The notes: generated by a model not told the origin, from the letters alone. Shown: positions 25,946 to 41,856, counted from the whole stretch's first letter. The stretch is DNA of 63,062 nt, filler included, from Choristocarpus tenellus KU-1152 (GCA_964200185.2; 11 parts of 11 records of this genome joined end to end with filler, not necessarily neighbours in it), one strand, 5' to 3'. Numbers and translations are program-made.

Positions 25946-26739
25946 ATAGTAACCCCTCTTCGATAGCAAGTGCGACTGAGTCAAGCAAGACGATTTTTTT
26001 TGGGGTGGGGGGTGGGGGGTGATGGGGGGGGGGAGGAAAGAGACAACTGGAACTGTCGGAATGGATGGCAGAATCGCCCCTGGGCATGCAGTGGGAGGTT
26101 CTCAAACGCCAATGGTGTACCAGGAGCTCGCACCCGCTAGTTCCGCCCCGGATTCTGTTCTGCTGGTCACAGAGGCTGGTAGGGGTTACTGGCGTCGACA
26201 CCCTGTCCCAGGCTCAGGGTTAGGGTTATCCCCTNNNNNNNNNNNNNNNNNNNNNNNNNNNNNNNNNNNNNNNNNNNNTTAATTAATTAANNNNNNNNNN
26301 NNNNNNNNNNNNNNNNNNNNNNNNNNNNNNNNNNGCTGATCCCCCCCGGTGCCTCCCCCCCCCCCCCCCCCCCCCAGATACTTGAGCCACTCAAGAATGG
26401 TGACCCAGATCCTTCACACTGAAGAAGCGAAAGACAATGAAAATCATGCCAGCTTTAATCCATAGTGTCCCTTTCAGGATGTGGTGATACTTGGGAAAGT
26501 GCAATGGCAGGAGGTATATGGGGGCTGGATGACAGTCAACGTAATTCATATATTGTTGTTCTAAAAATGATAAGAGTTCCTTCCACAGGGTCATCACGAT
26601 GTTAGGAAACTCACAGATAGGGACTGTAAACTTCTCAAGTCCGTTCTCCAGATAAATAAACTCTCACTGTTTAAATGCTTCAAGAGTGCATCTTGTTTAC
26701 TCTGTCCAAGAGAAGAGGTTGATTGGACATTCTGACAGA

Positions 26740-27200
26740 CTCACTATGTGAAGTTCCGTTCTCATCGATACAAATTCTTCTTTTCCTGAATAGGATTCCG
26801 CAAACGTGAACGTATTGATCATGTCCTGTCCTACAATGGTACTCATGTGAAGATTGTGTGTGCGAGTATTGAGGAGTCCGTAATGCACACAACACCTATT
26901 TCCTGGGTCAGTTGCCTACATGGGAAAGGAGCGACTTGACAAGTTGTTGATGCTTGGGCAGTTGTGGCTGGAAAACAGAAGGAAGGTGGACAGGTGAAGA
27001 GCTTGTGGACATGCCTCTAGAATGACCAATGAAAATTTTGGGATTACAGATAGTTGAGGGTTGGAGCACAAGGGCCGCTATCCAACAGAAGTGGTGTAAG
27101 TGTGTGGCTACTGGAACAACCAGGTTCATGCCAGATTGTCGTTCCAAGAAAGCTGTCACAGCAAATTACGTCATACCAAAGCAGTAGGTAAGGTCACCCA
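26740..27200 (-). pseudogene. Decayed Cys-containing coding remnant, possibly the CxC region of a KDZ-type transposase
   Basis: Stop-interrupted frame HNCPS...GNRCCVHYGLLNTRTHNLHMSTIVGQDMINTFTFAESYSGKEEFVSM, ending at a GTGAGT donor. Resemblance is by eye only. Confidence 0.25.
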
Positions 27201-28274
27201 ATTCACCACCGCCACCGCCACCACCACCACCACTGTTTGCTGAATATTCTGGTTTCTCATCGCACGTGATAGTAGTCTCTTTTGTTCTTGCTCAAGAATG
27301 ATGGAGTATTATGCAAATTGAGAAATCCATGACAGTTGTGGACAAGCAATGGAAAAGACAAAAAGACATCTTCCTACTAAAACAAAGCAAATCTCTCAGG
27401 AAAATCTCTGTCAAAGCAAATGGAGTTGGCCGACCCGCCACATTCTGGAGTCTGACCGTCCCGATCCCCAACACAGACTCCCCTATCTTGAACACTGGGG
27501 GTGAGTGGGAGGGAATTTGCGTAGGCTCAGGGATGTAGCAACTCCAATACGAAACTTTTTGGCACTACAAAGTCTGCGTCAGCTTTTCTACACCAGTCTG
27601 TGCCTCTGCAATTCCAATTCCTTCCTTAAACACAACTGCGCCGCCCATGGCCTCCTACCCCATCACAAACCCAATATATACCTTTTTATTTTCAACGTTC
27701 ACTGCCACTCTCACAAACCACAGCAGTTTTGCATCCAAAACTACCCCCTTTGGGTTGATATCTCTTGCACCCATTGCTCTTTTTTTGCTTTCTTCCCTTC
27801 CCCTTGACGTTTAATATTGGGTGACACTAGAGTGTTTTTTCTTCTTGTGTCCGTCTTACTTATTTTCTTGTAATTTTCTTCTCATCTTCTCATCCCGTAC
27901 TTCTTTTTCTTAGATCGATTTTACGGTCCTTGTTGTGGCCTTTTTTATGAAGGAACGTTTTCTGTGCATTGCCTTCTTCAGTCTTTGGAGTACCTTTTCG
28001 ACCATGGGTCTGAGGTCCCTCAAACTAATGTGATGACAACAAAAAATAACGATAAAAAGTACAAATGTTATCGTGAACTGTGGCCTTCACTGAAATACAA
28101 GCAGACTGGCACCTCCTCAGTTCATCAACCAACAATGGCGCTGCTGTTGTTGTAGTGGAGGCCCGTAATCGTAACCACTACGTTGTTTAAATCTCAATAC
28201 CTTTGCGGTAGGAAGCTTTGAGGGTCTAGGCACACACGAAGAGCTATTTCTACATGTGCTAGCGACTCTTGTTG

Positions 28275-28400
28275 TCGGAAGGTAGGAGGGCAGAGGGTTT
28301 CAGCAGAAAGGGACCTATAAAATCACGCCTATGACAGATTGTATCAGTTGCTACTCAACAGGCAATTTTAAGACGGGTATTGCGTTTCAAGTTGGAGACT
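28275..28400 (+). mobile_element. 3' fragment of an RLE-type (CRE-like) non-LTR retrotransposon
   Basis: Translates to GRRAEGFSRKGPIKSRL*QIVSVATQQAILRRVLRFKL, matching the copies at 41857, 53590 and 53986. Confidence 0.7.
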
Positions 28401-29326
28401 TCGAGTCGATAAGTTAGGGGAGGGTTGACGGATTCGTGGTGTTCTTCCCTTATATTTTTTTTCTGCCTAGATTTAGTCAGTTAGGAGTTGTTTGTCTTTG
28501 CTTGCTTAACTAATGTTTTTCACACACTTTCTTTTGTGACTGGTGTTTCTGATATTGCAGTCCTATCTAAAATTGTTTTTATTTACTACACGATATCTCC
28601 TCTTTTTCGATCACACTGTCATCTGACCAGCGTTCAAGGAACTAGATAGGGTGGAGTCATATGTGGTGTAGACATTCTCAAGAGGCTCAAAGTATCTGGG
28701 GGGGAAAGGGGGTCTACCCCAGATTGTCCGTTCGGGCCCTAACCAGGAGAAGTGCACTGACATTATCCATCCGATGCGTGCAACCAAATACACCCAAAAA
28801 TCGCGACATGGAAGAATGGGCCCCAAATGGACGGCCGCCACCCCCCCCCCCCCCCCAACCCTTATGGCACCCAAACCCCGGGGTTGTAGGCTCTGGCATT
28901 CAATTTTCTTAACAAAGAGACCCAGCGTACCCTNNNNNNNNNNNNNNNNNNNNNNNNNNNNNNNNNNNNNNNNNNNNTTAATTAATTAANNNNNNNNNNN
29001 NNNNNNNNNNNNNNNNNNNNNNNNNNNNNNNNNCGCATTTGACGTGGGAGTTGATTGGTCAATTGGAAAGAGTTGTTGGCAGCCCCCCCCCTCCCCCCCC
29101 CGACCTTTTTTAAGACCCTTTCTGGTTGATAGTTTTAGGAGCAACAGTAAAAAAGATGCATGGGGAAAAGAGCCGATCATGGTGGCCTTCTTTATCTCAT
29201 TTTATCTCATCCCCCACTCCCCCCACCCCATCATCCCTGCCCCTCCCATCGACATTATCGACAGTGCATTTTGCCGAACGATGGTGTAGTTTATCGCATT
29301 ACCTCGTGTGTTGGATCCAACCTTAA

Positions 29327-31502
<2,176 letters not shown>

Positions 31503-32758
31503 GTGAGACTCTCATATTGTGTGTGTGTGTGTTTGTGTAGCTTTATTTTGTAGCAGTGTTGTGTATGTTTTATCCTTTTTTTATGGGTTTTTTTGTATGA
31601 TTATGTGTTTGTGCATGTATATACCTTTTTCTATAGCAAGGTGGTATAGTTTATGGGGTTTTTTAACGATTGAATCTATGTATTGTGTGTACCTTTTTAT
31701 GGCACTATTTTTGTTTTGATAGAGAGAGTCTTTGTTTTTTTTCTCGTCTTTTTTCGATCGAATACGTATGTACGTACACACACTTATCTTTTTGTTTTGT
31801 TTTGTTTTTTTTATTATCTTTATTGTTTATTCGTCACTCTTTTGTGAATATTGTCTCTCCAATTGGCTACTCGGGCGTACTTTTTTTTTCCTGGTTTTAG
31901 GGTTGGGGTCAGCGTATCGATATTAAGTATACTGTAATGGTGTGCTGCTCATCATATTTTATGGTGGTTTGTAGTATAAGTTCTTCCTCTGTTCTGTATC
32001 AGTTGGAACAATTTTGAGGGGTAGTTCTTCGCTAAAAGAATTAAAATATATATATATATGTGAATCCCTCGTATTGAAATACATTTTTTTTTGTAGAGTT
32101 GACTTTGATTTCATTGGCGTTTTGGAGCATACCATCCAAATTGGATGGCAAGAACAAAAATATATATATTTTGTGCATAGCCTGCCATGCAAGGTGTTTG
32201 GACTGATCTCAGAAAGAGGAAGTGTGTACGTTAGGGATATTATCGGTCTCATGGAATGTGTTCCTGTTTTCAAGTTTAGGTAAAGTTTTTTGTCATTTTT
32301 TTTTTGATAATTTTTTACCTTAATGATCTCGTGATCACGCCTCCTCCTCAACACGGTTGTTTTGATGTCTCACGGGCAATAAGGTAAAAAATATTTACAT
32401 TTTATTTTTTTGTCTTGTGGCAAGACAAGGCCAAGACCAGCTCTAGCTCTGATTTAAGGATTTCTCTCAATAACTAAATTGTTTGCCAAGAGCCTCTCTC
32501 TAATCTCCTTAGCTAATTTATATGGATTTCTTGGAACATGGTGGGATTAAGCTCTTCCCCAAAAGTTTAAATATCCTAGTTGTTCTAGCTGCCCTCTTGC
32601 TGTCTATAATTTGAGAGCATTGATGAACAAGTTGGCTCCATCCCCTGACCCCTCCCTCCAGTGTCATGTTCCTCCCCTCCATTGATGTTTTCTACTTCAA
32701 GAAGCTGATGGTGTTAGTAGTATTACTGTTGAATAGATGTAGCCAAGGGATAACATCT

Positions 32759-32760
<2 letters not shown>

Positions 32761-32794
<34 letters not shown>

Positions 32795-32805
32795 ACACAC
32801 ACACA
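32761..32805. repeat. (CA)n microsatellite
   Basis: Near-perfect CA run. Confidence 0.9.
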
Positions 32806-33499
32806 TAAAATTCCATGGAAAATCGAAAGAAAACTAATAATTAAAAAAAAAAAAGTCAGGTTTTATAGTAGAAATAAGTTGAACCTCAATCTGTTCAATT
32901 TCACACTCACTGACCACCAACATATTACCTACTGCCTTCTGCTCTTGCTTTGAGAAACTGTCACTAATTTAGCGAGCACCTCTCCAAGTATATATATATA
33001 TATATTATTTTTTTTTAAATCTGTTGTAAAGGCATGCATAGATAGAGGCGCAGGTAAAAGCCATTTTGGTGTGGAAACCCTCACGACAGGGATCTGCAAT
33101 TGGTCGCTCCTTGTGTAACACAGAGGGAGTAGTGTTGCACCAGACCCTAGAGTTAAGTTAATCTGTAGGTTGTCTTGTGTGTTCATGGTGTGTTCTGTGC
33201 GCCGGTCTGATAGGTTTCGGTTCCGGAACAATCCCGTTGCAAAGGTTTCCCCACCAGCCAGTCTAGTCGCTTCACTTAGGATAGGGTTAGGGTCAGCTTT
33301 GCTCCCGCGCGCGCTCCCTTGCACACGCCATCCAGACCCAAAGTATCNNNNNNNNNNNNNNNNNNNNNNNNNNNNNNNNNNNNNNNNNNNNTTAATTAAT
33401 TAANNNNNNNNNNNNNNNNNNNNNNNNNNNNNNNNNNNNNNNNNNNNTGTTCGGGGGTGAGGGGGGGGGGGGGGGGGGGGGTCAGGGGAGAGAACTAAC

Positions 33500-35409
33500 C
33501 TCCTCAACATTGGCCCTATAACCTGCAAGCTCCCCACCAGCTCGGGGGTGTCCCTCAAGCAAGGCCTCCAGCTGCATGGCCAGTTGACGTCCGTCCTTGA
33601 AAGTGCAACCATTGTACCCATCTCTTACCAGCTCGTTCAGGGTGTCATAGTGGACAGCACACACAGGAAGACCACACCCAAACATATCCACCACCTTCAT
33701 TGGGAGATCCATCCCTGCAGGTAGAGTGTTGTTGTGTGAGGAGAGGGCAGCACGAACTCTTCACATTCTTCTCTGTCAACAGTCCATCCTTACCCCCCCC
33801 CCCATCACCAGCACAGCAATACTCAATTAGTAACCACAAATGTTGCTCCCTGGGCTCACCTGAGGTTGATGTGTGGAGACAGACTCCCAAATCTGCAGCA
33901 CCCAGGAGGAGGGGATAGTCCAAAGGTTCAAGCCATGCTGTACAAATACTGACCCATGACAACTTCATACCCTTGATCTTTTCAATATATGCTTCCCTTT
34001 GAGGACCTTTGCCAGTCACAATCACTATAACATAGGGTAATGAGGGAGCTGCTCCAGAGCTGACTCTTAATTCCAGTCGAGACAATGCATCCAGAAGTAT
34101 GGAAAAGTCCTCATCCGGCGTCCAGCTTGTGGATGATACCAGCAGTGCCGGGCGATCAGCCCTAAGTGTTGCATACTTTCCCCTACGCCTTGTAAAGGGT
34201 GTCAGCTCCTCCACAATAACGTTTGATTCCCCAGTCTGAGCCCTGCAGCCTGCCATAGCTACTGCATTGCTCTCAGTCCCCACACCATTCCCACTTCTAT
34301 AGTCATCCCCATCATCATTACTACTGCATTCACTTCCCCAACTGTCCTCAGCAGCAGCCCTGGAAGTACTTGCTGCAGCAAATGACTGTGCTGCACGAGC
34401 AAAATCGTCGATTTTGAGGAGCTTCATGAAGAGATCGTGGCGCTGGGACAGGGTTGGCGGCTGGAAGAAAACTGGCGGCTGATCGTAGACGATGTAAGCA
34501 TTAGAGACCTGGAAAGTCATCATTATCTTTCGAGGGGTAGAGGGTGAGGGGTACACAGGTAAATAGGTTTTCTATTTAAGAGTTGGCTCCAGGGGCGGAC
34601 AAAGGACTTGCGAGATGGGGGCGAGGGGGACGAGGTAGGTTAGGGGGCGACGAAGCAGGTTGTGGATGAGGCTATTTCATTCTATATCGTGTCAAAAAAC
34701 TATACAGGAGTAGTGTGCATATCACAGGTGATTGATGGCAGAGCATCTTCCACGTTGGAAAGGAGAAGGAACGTCTGCCAATGACCCTTACATATTTCTG
34801 CATTGCGCGCGAGACACAGATGTTGAAGTCAGCCCGTTGGCAGAAGAACCACTCCGCTGCCCGCGTCACCAGGACCAGGGGGTTTCGGGGACCACAGCCA
34901 TCAAACATGGTGAACCCGAGATTGTGCCAGTCCACCATTAAATGGCAACGTCGTACAACCGCAACAACATACACACAGAACAAGGCTGGGAGCGCTGGGG
35001 GGTTCTGAACTAACATTGTGTCCAAGGATCGCGGCAAAGCAATTAGCTCTATGAGAAGCCTCATTGTGAGTGACAAGGCCTTTAGTGCCGCAAACAGAAA
35101 ATAGGAACGTTTCCTGAGCGCCTTCCCCTTTGGGCCTGAGAGTGGTGGGTGGAAGCGCCGGGGTGTGATGCGGGCATTGTTCTCCACATCATGAAAGCAC
35201 TTTTCTCCAGAGTAGCCGAGAAGGCATACATCGACCCCATGACTTGCTAGAGATAGCGCGTGGTACTGCATACGTGGGCTTCGCCCCACGTCCCCCAGCA
35301 CAACAATGGCCACTCGCCTTGGGCGTGGGCGTTGAGGTTGGGAGACAGGGGAACGTCTTCCCGTCGTAGTGTGGCGACGCCATGAAGCGATTGAGATATT
35401 GCCGCCCAT
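33500..35409 (-). CDS. ALG1: Chitobiosyldiphosphodolichol beta-1,4-mannosyltransferase, 3' end truncated by the contig end
   Basis: Exons 35409-34792, 34526-33860 and 33714-33500. Motifs [76 protein letters not shown]. The start codon is uncertain. Confidence 0.95.
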
Positions 35410-35702
35410 ACTCTCTGCCCAGAGTTCAAGCTAGACTCCCGCTTGATTAACTCCGCAAGCAAGAGGCCGAGAAGGCATTGGTCCAATACCACACATAGAA
35501 AAGCAGACAAGTCCAGCCAACCCAGAACTTGTCTACAGGAAACCCGTTCAGTTACATCAGCAGAACGCCATACGAAGGTGGGGCTTTTGCAGACTTTAAC
35601 TAACCTAACTGCAACGAGGACTTCCATCTACGAGGTGGGGTCTTTGTTCCTTCTTCAAAACATTTGGTTGGATAGCCAAAGGACAAGGCTCAGGTGGCCA
35701 TA

Positions 35703-38700
35703 ATGGGGAAGGGTAAGAAGGGTGATGGGAAGAACGGCAAAGGAAAAGGTGCTGTTGGCAAGGGAGGCAATGGCAGTCGAAAGATTGTCCCTCTGAGAAT
35801 TTCCGTCCCAAAGCCTAAGACTAGCAAGGCCAGCGGCACGAAGAAAGCTTCCAAGAAGGAACGTACCTTAGATTCGGCTAATAGGTCAGCCAAGCGTTCC
35901 CAGTGTGGAGAGGTCACCGAGACTGAAGCAAGTGACACTAGCGCCTTCATCGACCATAGGGTCAAGATGACATGCACGTGTCCACACCTCCTCTCGCATC
36001 CCGACCGACTGGCCCTGCTGGATTCGATGGCGCTTGTTAGATCCAAGGTGCTGGATTGTAGGCTCTCGCCTGTGCCCACTTGCTAAATCCATCCTGATTC
36101 GTCGCTACTGCTGGCATGTCGCCCACTCTAACGACTGTTGTAGGGCAATTCTTGGAACAGGCAATTCTTGGAACGCGACGTGCTAGGACATAGGGGCATG
36201 TGTGCGTATACATCATGCAACCCTATTACGCTGTGTATAGGTTGCAAAGTATTTGAAATGCGCTCTCTGATATATTGAAGGTGTAACTCCAATGCATTGA
36301 TTGCTAACCGGTTGTCGCACCTAAACACTTGGTTGTTTACACTATTTTCCGCAGGTCAATGGCGAGCTCATCATCCGGCAGAGAGGTACCACTGGAGCAT
36401 TTGGCAGCATTGATGGAGAAGGAATGGGAGGTTGGGGTTCACAGGTGAGGTCCAACTTGTCCTTCCTTTGCCACTCCACCATACCCTTGACTCCTGAAGA
36501 CCAGCACAACACCAGCGCCACTACTCTTCGTCTTCGCTATCTTTTTCGTACTTCTTAGAGAACTTGCGCCTCTTTGCCCAGCTGGTTGATGAAATTCGTA
36601 TCAATGCAGGTGATAAGAAACGGGCAGCTGATCAATCACATAAAGGAGCATGGGTATGCAGCGTGCACAGTGATCACTACTAAAGTCCACTCACGATGTG
36701 CATCCACACGATGATTTCCTGTTGCAAGTCTCTTCCTCCTGCTGCAATTCTTTCCCCATCCCAATCTAACCTTCTCTCCCCTATCAAGTTAATCTCTTCC
36801 ATCCATACACTGTCCGTTTCCATGACATAACTCGAGCCAGTGCCAGGAATGTGAAGAACACAACCTGGAAGAAGCAGACGACGTTCTCACCTGCCTCCAC
36901 TGCGGATTCACCGGCTGCTCGAAGCACAAACACCTATTCCGGCATTGCCTTTCCTCCCTAGGAGAAGTGCACAGCTTTGCTACAAATCGTTCTCGTGCAG
37001 AGGTGTTCTGTGCTCTGTGCTGTGATTATGTCTATGATGTGGAGTTTGATGCAGTGGTGGCGTGCACAGATGACAGGCAGGCAATACCTGAGGTTGGTGG
37101 AGCAGATTCTGCTGCCCGGAAACGCCGTTGCCTCGCCCGAGAGATGGGTCATTATGTGGTGGCCGATCAGTGGGGGCAACAGCCATGGAGGGATGACTCG
37201 TGGCCCCCACGTCCACTACTTTCACCCCGACGGCAGAGGATGGTTGGTGCTGGAATCCGTGGCATGTTCAACCTTGGTAACACCTGCTTCATGAGCTCAG
37301 TGTTGCAGGTGAGAGGCTGATGCGTTTCTTCCGCCTCTGCCTGTCCTACGTTGCTCTGGGTTTTGCAGCAGTAGGAGCAACATAGATGTGGCATGTGTGC
37401 ATGCGATCACCTGTCGCACTGTTGTAGCATCAGTTTCAAAAGATTGTTGCAATAATACACTTTGTTGTGGCCAGCCACCCCTCTTCCAGAGTAATTTCCC
37501 CTCACCAGGAGGCTCCATTACTCGAGAGTCTCCACCCTTCATGCCAATGTTGTTGGTTCTACATAGTAAGAACCTACTGACTTGTAATGATGCACATCAC
37601 TGTGTCCAATCAACTTAACCCATCCTGTTCAAACTGCAAAGTATCTGCTGCATACCCACCATCATCTCATACAAATCCCAAGTAATTTTGAGGATGCTGG
37701 TGCTGCACCCTTTACCTCCAGATATTTGATCTATACTCACACACGCATGTACATATACATACACCCTCATCTTCCTTCTCCAGGCTATGCTTCACACCTC
37801 AGTAGTTCAGTCATTCTTCCTTGGAAAGGGTCATGAGAGAGCTAGATGCAAGAAACTCCGTGAGGAGATCCCGAGGCTGGCCCGCCAAATACAACTGCTT
37901 GCACCCTCCTCTCCCGGGGAAGAGTTAGTAGCATCCACTACCGGTGATTTTTCTGGCTCTTCTGGGACAGGCGGAGTGGACAGGAAAGAGGACCCATCAA
38001 CGAACAAGCTCAAGGACTACTGCATTGCGTGTGAGCTGTCCAAGCTCTTTGAGGACATGTTTTCCACTGAATGTGAGCTTGCCTTGATTGTACATTCAGA
38101 CTGTGCTTGGTGTGTGGGTTTGTTTTTTGAATTTTTCAGTATTTTCTAGATGGATTACTCTTTGATCTAGATACCGACCTGTCTCACAGGCAGCAGGATA
38201 GTGTCATTGGTGGTGCATGCTTGTTCACTTACCCTTCCTCTATTTTTGGTTCAATCTGCAAGAATGTGGAGGACCCAGGTTTGGTCTAAGCACAGCAAGA
38301 AGATTATTCCTCGTTGCCTATTTTTGTGGTGCTAGCGAAGGAAGCACCCCGCCCTTCCAGAGGGACATTTTACGAACCTGCTAACTATAACATGTAGTGT
38401 GTGTCTGCATATCCAAACATGCATTTGCACAAGAGGTTGTGTTCTGCATTGAGAAATTCAAATGCCTCATGGTGGCACTAGTGGGACTATGAGCGTAGTG
38501 CTTATTCTGCCCTTGCACTGATTATCTTAATAACAGAGCTCTCCAGTCTCTGGGCGACTGTGCATCCCGGTGGAACAGTGGTATCTCAATGTTTAACGAA
38601 ATTCAGAGGCTGTGAAATCAAGTCTCGGCTGGACTACTTTCCTGACTCCCTATGGTGGGAGGATAAGCAGATGAACGTGTGGTCCTGAGGTGGACAAAAG

Positions 38701-39588
38701 TTTTAAGAGGAAAGATTGAGATGACTGCTCAGAGAGAGTGCACGGTTAGTGAGGTGATGGCCAACGGATTATGCTGGATAGCTCCCAAGCCTGTGATTTT
38801 ATGCATATTGAGATCTCTCTTTCTCTCTCTCTATCTCTCTCTCTCTCAAAGTTCCTCTGGGACTTAGATTGAGCCCCCTTCTCTATCACTGTTTTCATAT
38901 ATTTAAGAGGGCTCCAGCATGGTAAGAACTGTAACATGAATGTGTAACCCTTAAAGATTGGATACTTCTCATACACATCTTGAAACCGATGTCAGTCAAG
39001 ATCACCATGGTATCTCAACATCTTACTCACTGACCACTTATTGCCAACCCTATATAGCAACAGCTTGAAGCCCATTTTGTGGGTTCTGCCCATAGCTACA
39101 CTTGTCCAACTTCAGCCTCCACACCTCAGACACTGCCCTGGCCCCGGCATGTCCATGAACGTGCCAGCATTTAATGTACCCCAAATCACACCTCCCTACA
39201 ATCATTTTTTTATTCCCCCCTCCAGCAGATGCTCCTCTGAATATCACCCCCCCCCTCCCCCCCCCGCCCCCTTTGTTATCACCAGCTGTTGATGCAACTC
39301 TGGAAAAGGTCGAGCCATACGTCCCGAACCGCTTGCTGGAAGCAGTGTGGGGCTCATCAGAGGCATTGGCAGGGTATGAGCAGCAGGATGCCCATGAGTT
39401 TTTGATTGCAATACTGGACACTCTTCATGGTCATCTCATGCAGGCAGCTGTAAATGAGCACCGTGTGCAACCCCTTCGACAGAGGTTGGCATATCTCAAG
39501 CAACAGGCCAAGGGACAAGGGGCTGTAGGAGGTGTAGCTGATGTTTCAGTAGGGGTGGTGGGGGACAAAGGCAGTGGCAATGCAAGGG
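35703..39588 (+). CDS. USP22/Ubp8-like ubiquitin-specific protease with ZnF-UBP, 5' part
   Basis: Exons 35703-36047, 36355-36444, 36559-36609, 36841-37308, 37784-38072 and 39286-39588 are phase-consistent. ZnF-UBP (CQEC...[10 protein letters not shown]...[11 protein letters not shown]), Cys box [16 protein letters not shown], and [12 protein letters not shown]. Confidence 0.9.
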
Positions 39589-40431
39589 NNNNNNNNNNNN
39601 NNNNNNNNNNNNNNNNNNNNNNNNNNNNNNNNTTAATTAATTAANNNNNNNNNNNNNNNNNNNNNNNNNNNNNNNNNNNNNNNNNNNNCCGACCCCCCCC
39701 CCAAACCCCCCCCCCCCCCCCAAGATACTTTGACCCTACTGAAGCTGCTATCTTATCCCATCACGTGAGTCATCTCAGTCCCTAAACATGTATGTCTAAC
39801 TGAGTTTTGGAATCACTGCTCACCAGTTTTAGTGACTGCCGGTAGTTTTATAGGGTCACCGGTCACCAATTTTGGTAGCTGCCTGTGGTTTCACAGAATC
39901 TCAGTTCACCGGTCTTAGTGGCTAGTAGTGGGTGGCTTCATGGGTCACTGAGCCAAAGTAAACAAGAGTTCCCCAGGTTTTGGTAGTTTTGTATCTTAAG
40001 CCATTTTTTTCATATTTCGTAATTCACCCTTATTTCTATGAATAAAGTTGTAAGTTTGACCTGAAACGGTTCGTTTCTCTGCTGCTCTAGAAATTTCGAC
40101 ACACTTCAGAAAATGTCCTGTACGCATTTGTAAAAATAAACAAATTTTGGACATATTTGTCGATATCATTCAAATGCAACTCTGGGTACCTCTCGTTTAC
40201 TTTAACTCCTTGCTCTCCAAATTAAGACTTGAGGGAAACGAGCCAACTCCACAAAAGAGTTCAAGTATCTTAGAGGGGGGGAGGTTTCAGTCTAAGGCCA
40301 TTCGAATTGTGCCTGACCTCCCATTTCTATGATGAAAATGCATAATACGCTGTTCTGTTTGATTTTTGAAGCTTGAGCAAATGAGACCCTTTAAAGAGAG
40401 ATATCGCAATGGGTTTGAGAGTGAAGGGATG

Positions 40432-40659
40432 GAGTCAAAGTACCTTAGAGGGTAGAGCCGTGTTCGTTTGGGGGCCAAATCCAATGTTTCGATTTNNNNN
40501 NNNNNATATCCTTGTTCCGAACACACCTTTTCATAACGTATACATTTTTCCTACTCCGAAACATTTCGGAGTAGGAAAATGTCATCAAATGCCTATGGGA
40601 AGCCAAGCCCCAAATGGACAAATAGAGCAAAATTCGTACCCTCTAAGATAATTTCACTC
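40432..40659 (+). mobile_element. MITE with TIRs of about 23 bp (GAGTSAAA..TAGAGGGTA), 4-bp TSD GATG; Sola-like
   Basis: gagtcaaagtaccttagagggta ... taccctctaagataatttcactc, with GATG at 40428-40431 and 40660-40663. Internal hairpin cctactccgaaa/tttcggagtagg. Contains a 10-N gap. Confidence 0.85.
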
Positions 40660-41140
40660 GATGGGCATGATTTGAAAATACGATAAGAAGATCTCCCACA
40701 CATCCCTATGATTCAACTATGACCCTCTCAAGGATATTCCGACTCAAATCGTGGCTTCAAATTCATCCTTCAACAGAGGAGATGTCCTTGTAGCGATATA
40801 TTGGTGCATCTCCTGCCTGATTCCGTGTCCGATTTGCTCTTTGAATCTGAGTAGAGTTTGTCCCCTCTTTGTTTGTGCACTTACTCTTGTTGTTCGGTCG
40901 TTCTCCCTTGTACTCAGATTACAGATGTTCAAGACGTACCAAGTCCTTATGCGTACCTGGAAACCTCTCGTAGCCGTGGACATTCTTATCAGCGCTTCAG
41001 GATGTGCCACATCTTTCTCTTCTCCTGGGGAAGGTACTCACAATCGGGGGTGCTCTCATCAGCATTGGGTCCTGCCTCATGTTCTTGACAAGTGTTGATC
41101 CAGATTGAGATCTCAGCCAGTACAGCACCCACGGGCGTTT

Positions 41141-41403
41141 CAGTGAAAGTATATCTTAAAGGGCACGAGTTTTGCCCTGTTTGTCCGTTTGGAGCTTGGC
41201 TTCTGACAGTTTTTTTTTACTACATTTACCTACTCCGAAACTCTTCGGAGTAGGTAAAATGTATACGTTATGAAAAGGATGCGTCTGGAACAAGGATGTT
41301 GACACTTCCTAACAAATACAATAGCCAAAATTAGGTCAAAATCGCAACATTGGATTTTGGCCCCCAAATGGACGCGACTCTACCCTCTAAGATAATTTGA
41401 CTC
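41141..41403 (-). mobile_element. Second copy of the same MITE, inverted
   Basis: Reverse-complement match to 40432-40659 and 58835-59094 over its length. Flanks gttt/cttt. Confidence 0.85.
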
Positions 41404-41856
41404 CTTTCACTGATTGAAGAAGAGATCAGGGCCCAACCTGAATCAAAGGGGGATTGGTCGTCTTAATTCTATTTCCTCATACCTTCACACCCCCTTTCCA
41501 TCGATGTTCTAAGGAGTTCACCAAACATGAGGTTCTGAACAATATGGGGAGGGTCACTATAAATATGGACTGAATTGTGGTCAGAGAGTGTACAATCGCA
41601 ATGTGTCTTATTCGTCGAAGAAACAGTAAGTATTCTCTTGATATTACTATATATGTTATTATGCCCTCTGACATTTTGCAGATGTGTCGGGGGAAACCAG
41701 GGGGGTGTCGGCGTCCGTTTTTCTCCCTTTTTTCGATTTTCTCTTTTTTTGGTGTGATTTGGTCGCACTTGTCGGATTTGAAATGTCAGCAAAAAAATAG
41801 TTTTTGACCGAAACGGACGCCTCCTCACAACCCCCCCCCCCAGATACTTTGACCCC

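Noticed and set aside
31519-32953. Short Phe/Tyr/Ile-rich ORFs in the ORF track
   Set aside because: They are chance frames in T-rich SEC23 intron sequence.
40257-41855. One large element bounded by the termini at 40257 and 41855
   Set aside because: The subterminal sequences differ and there is no matching target-site duplication.
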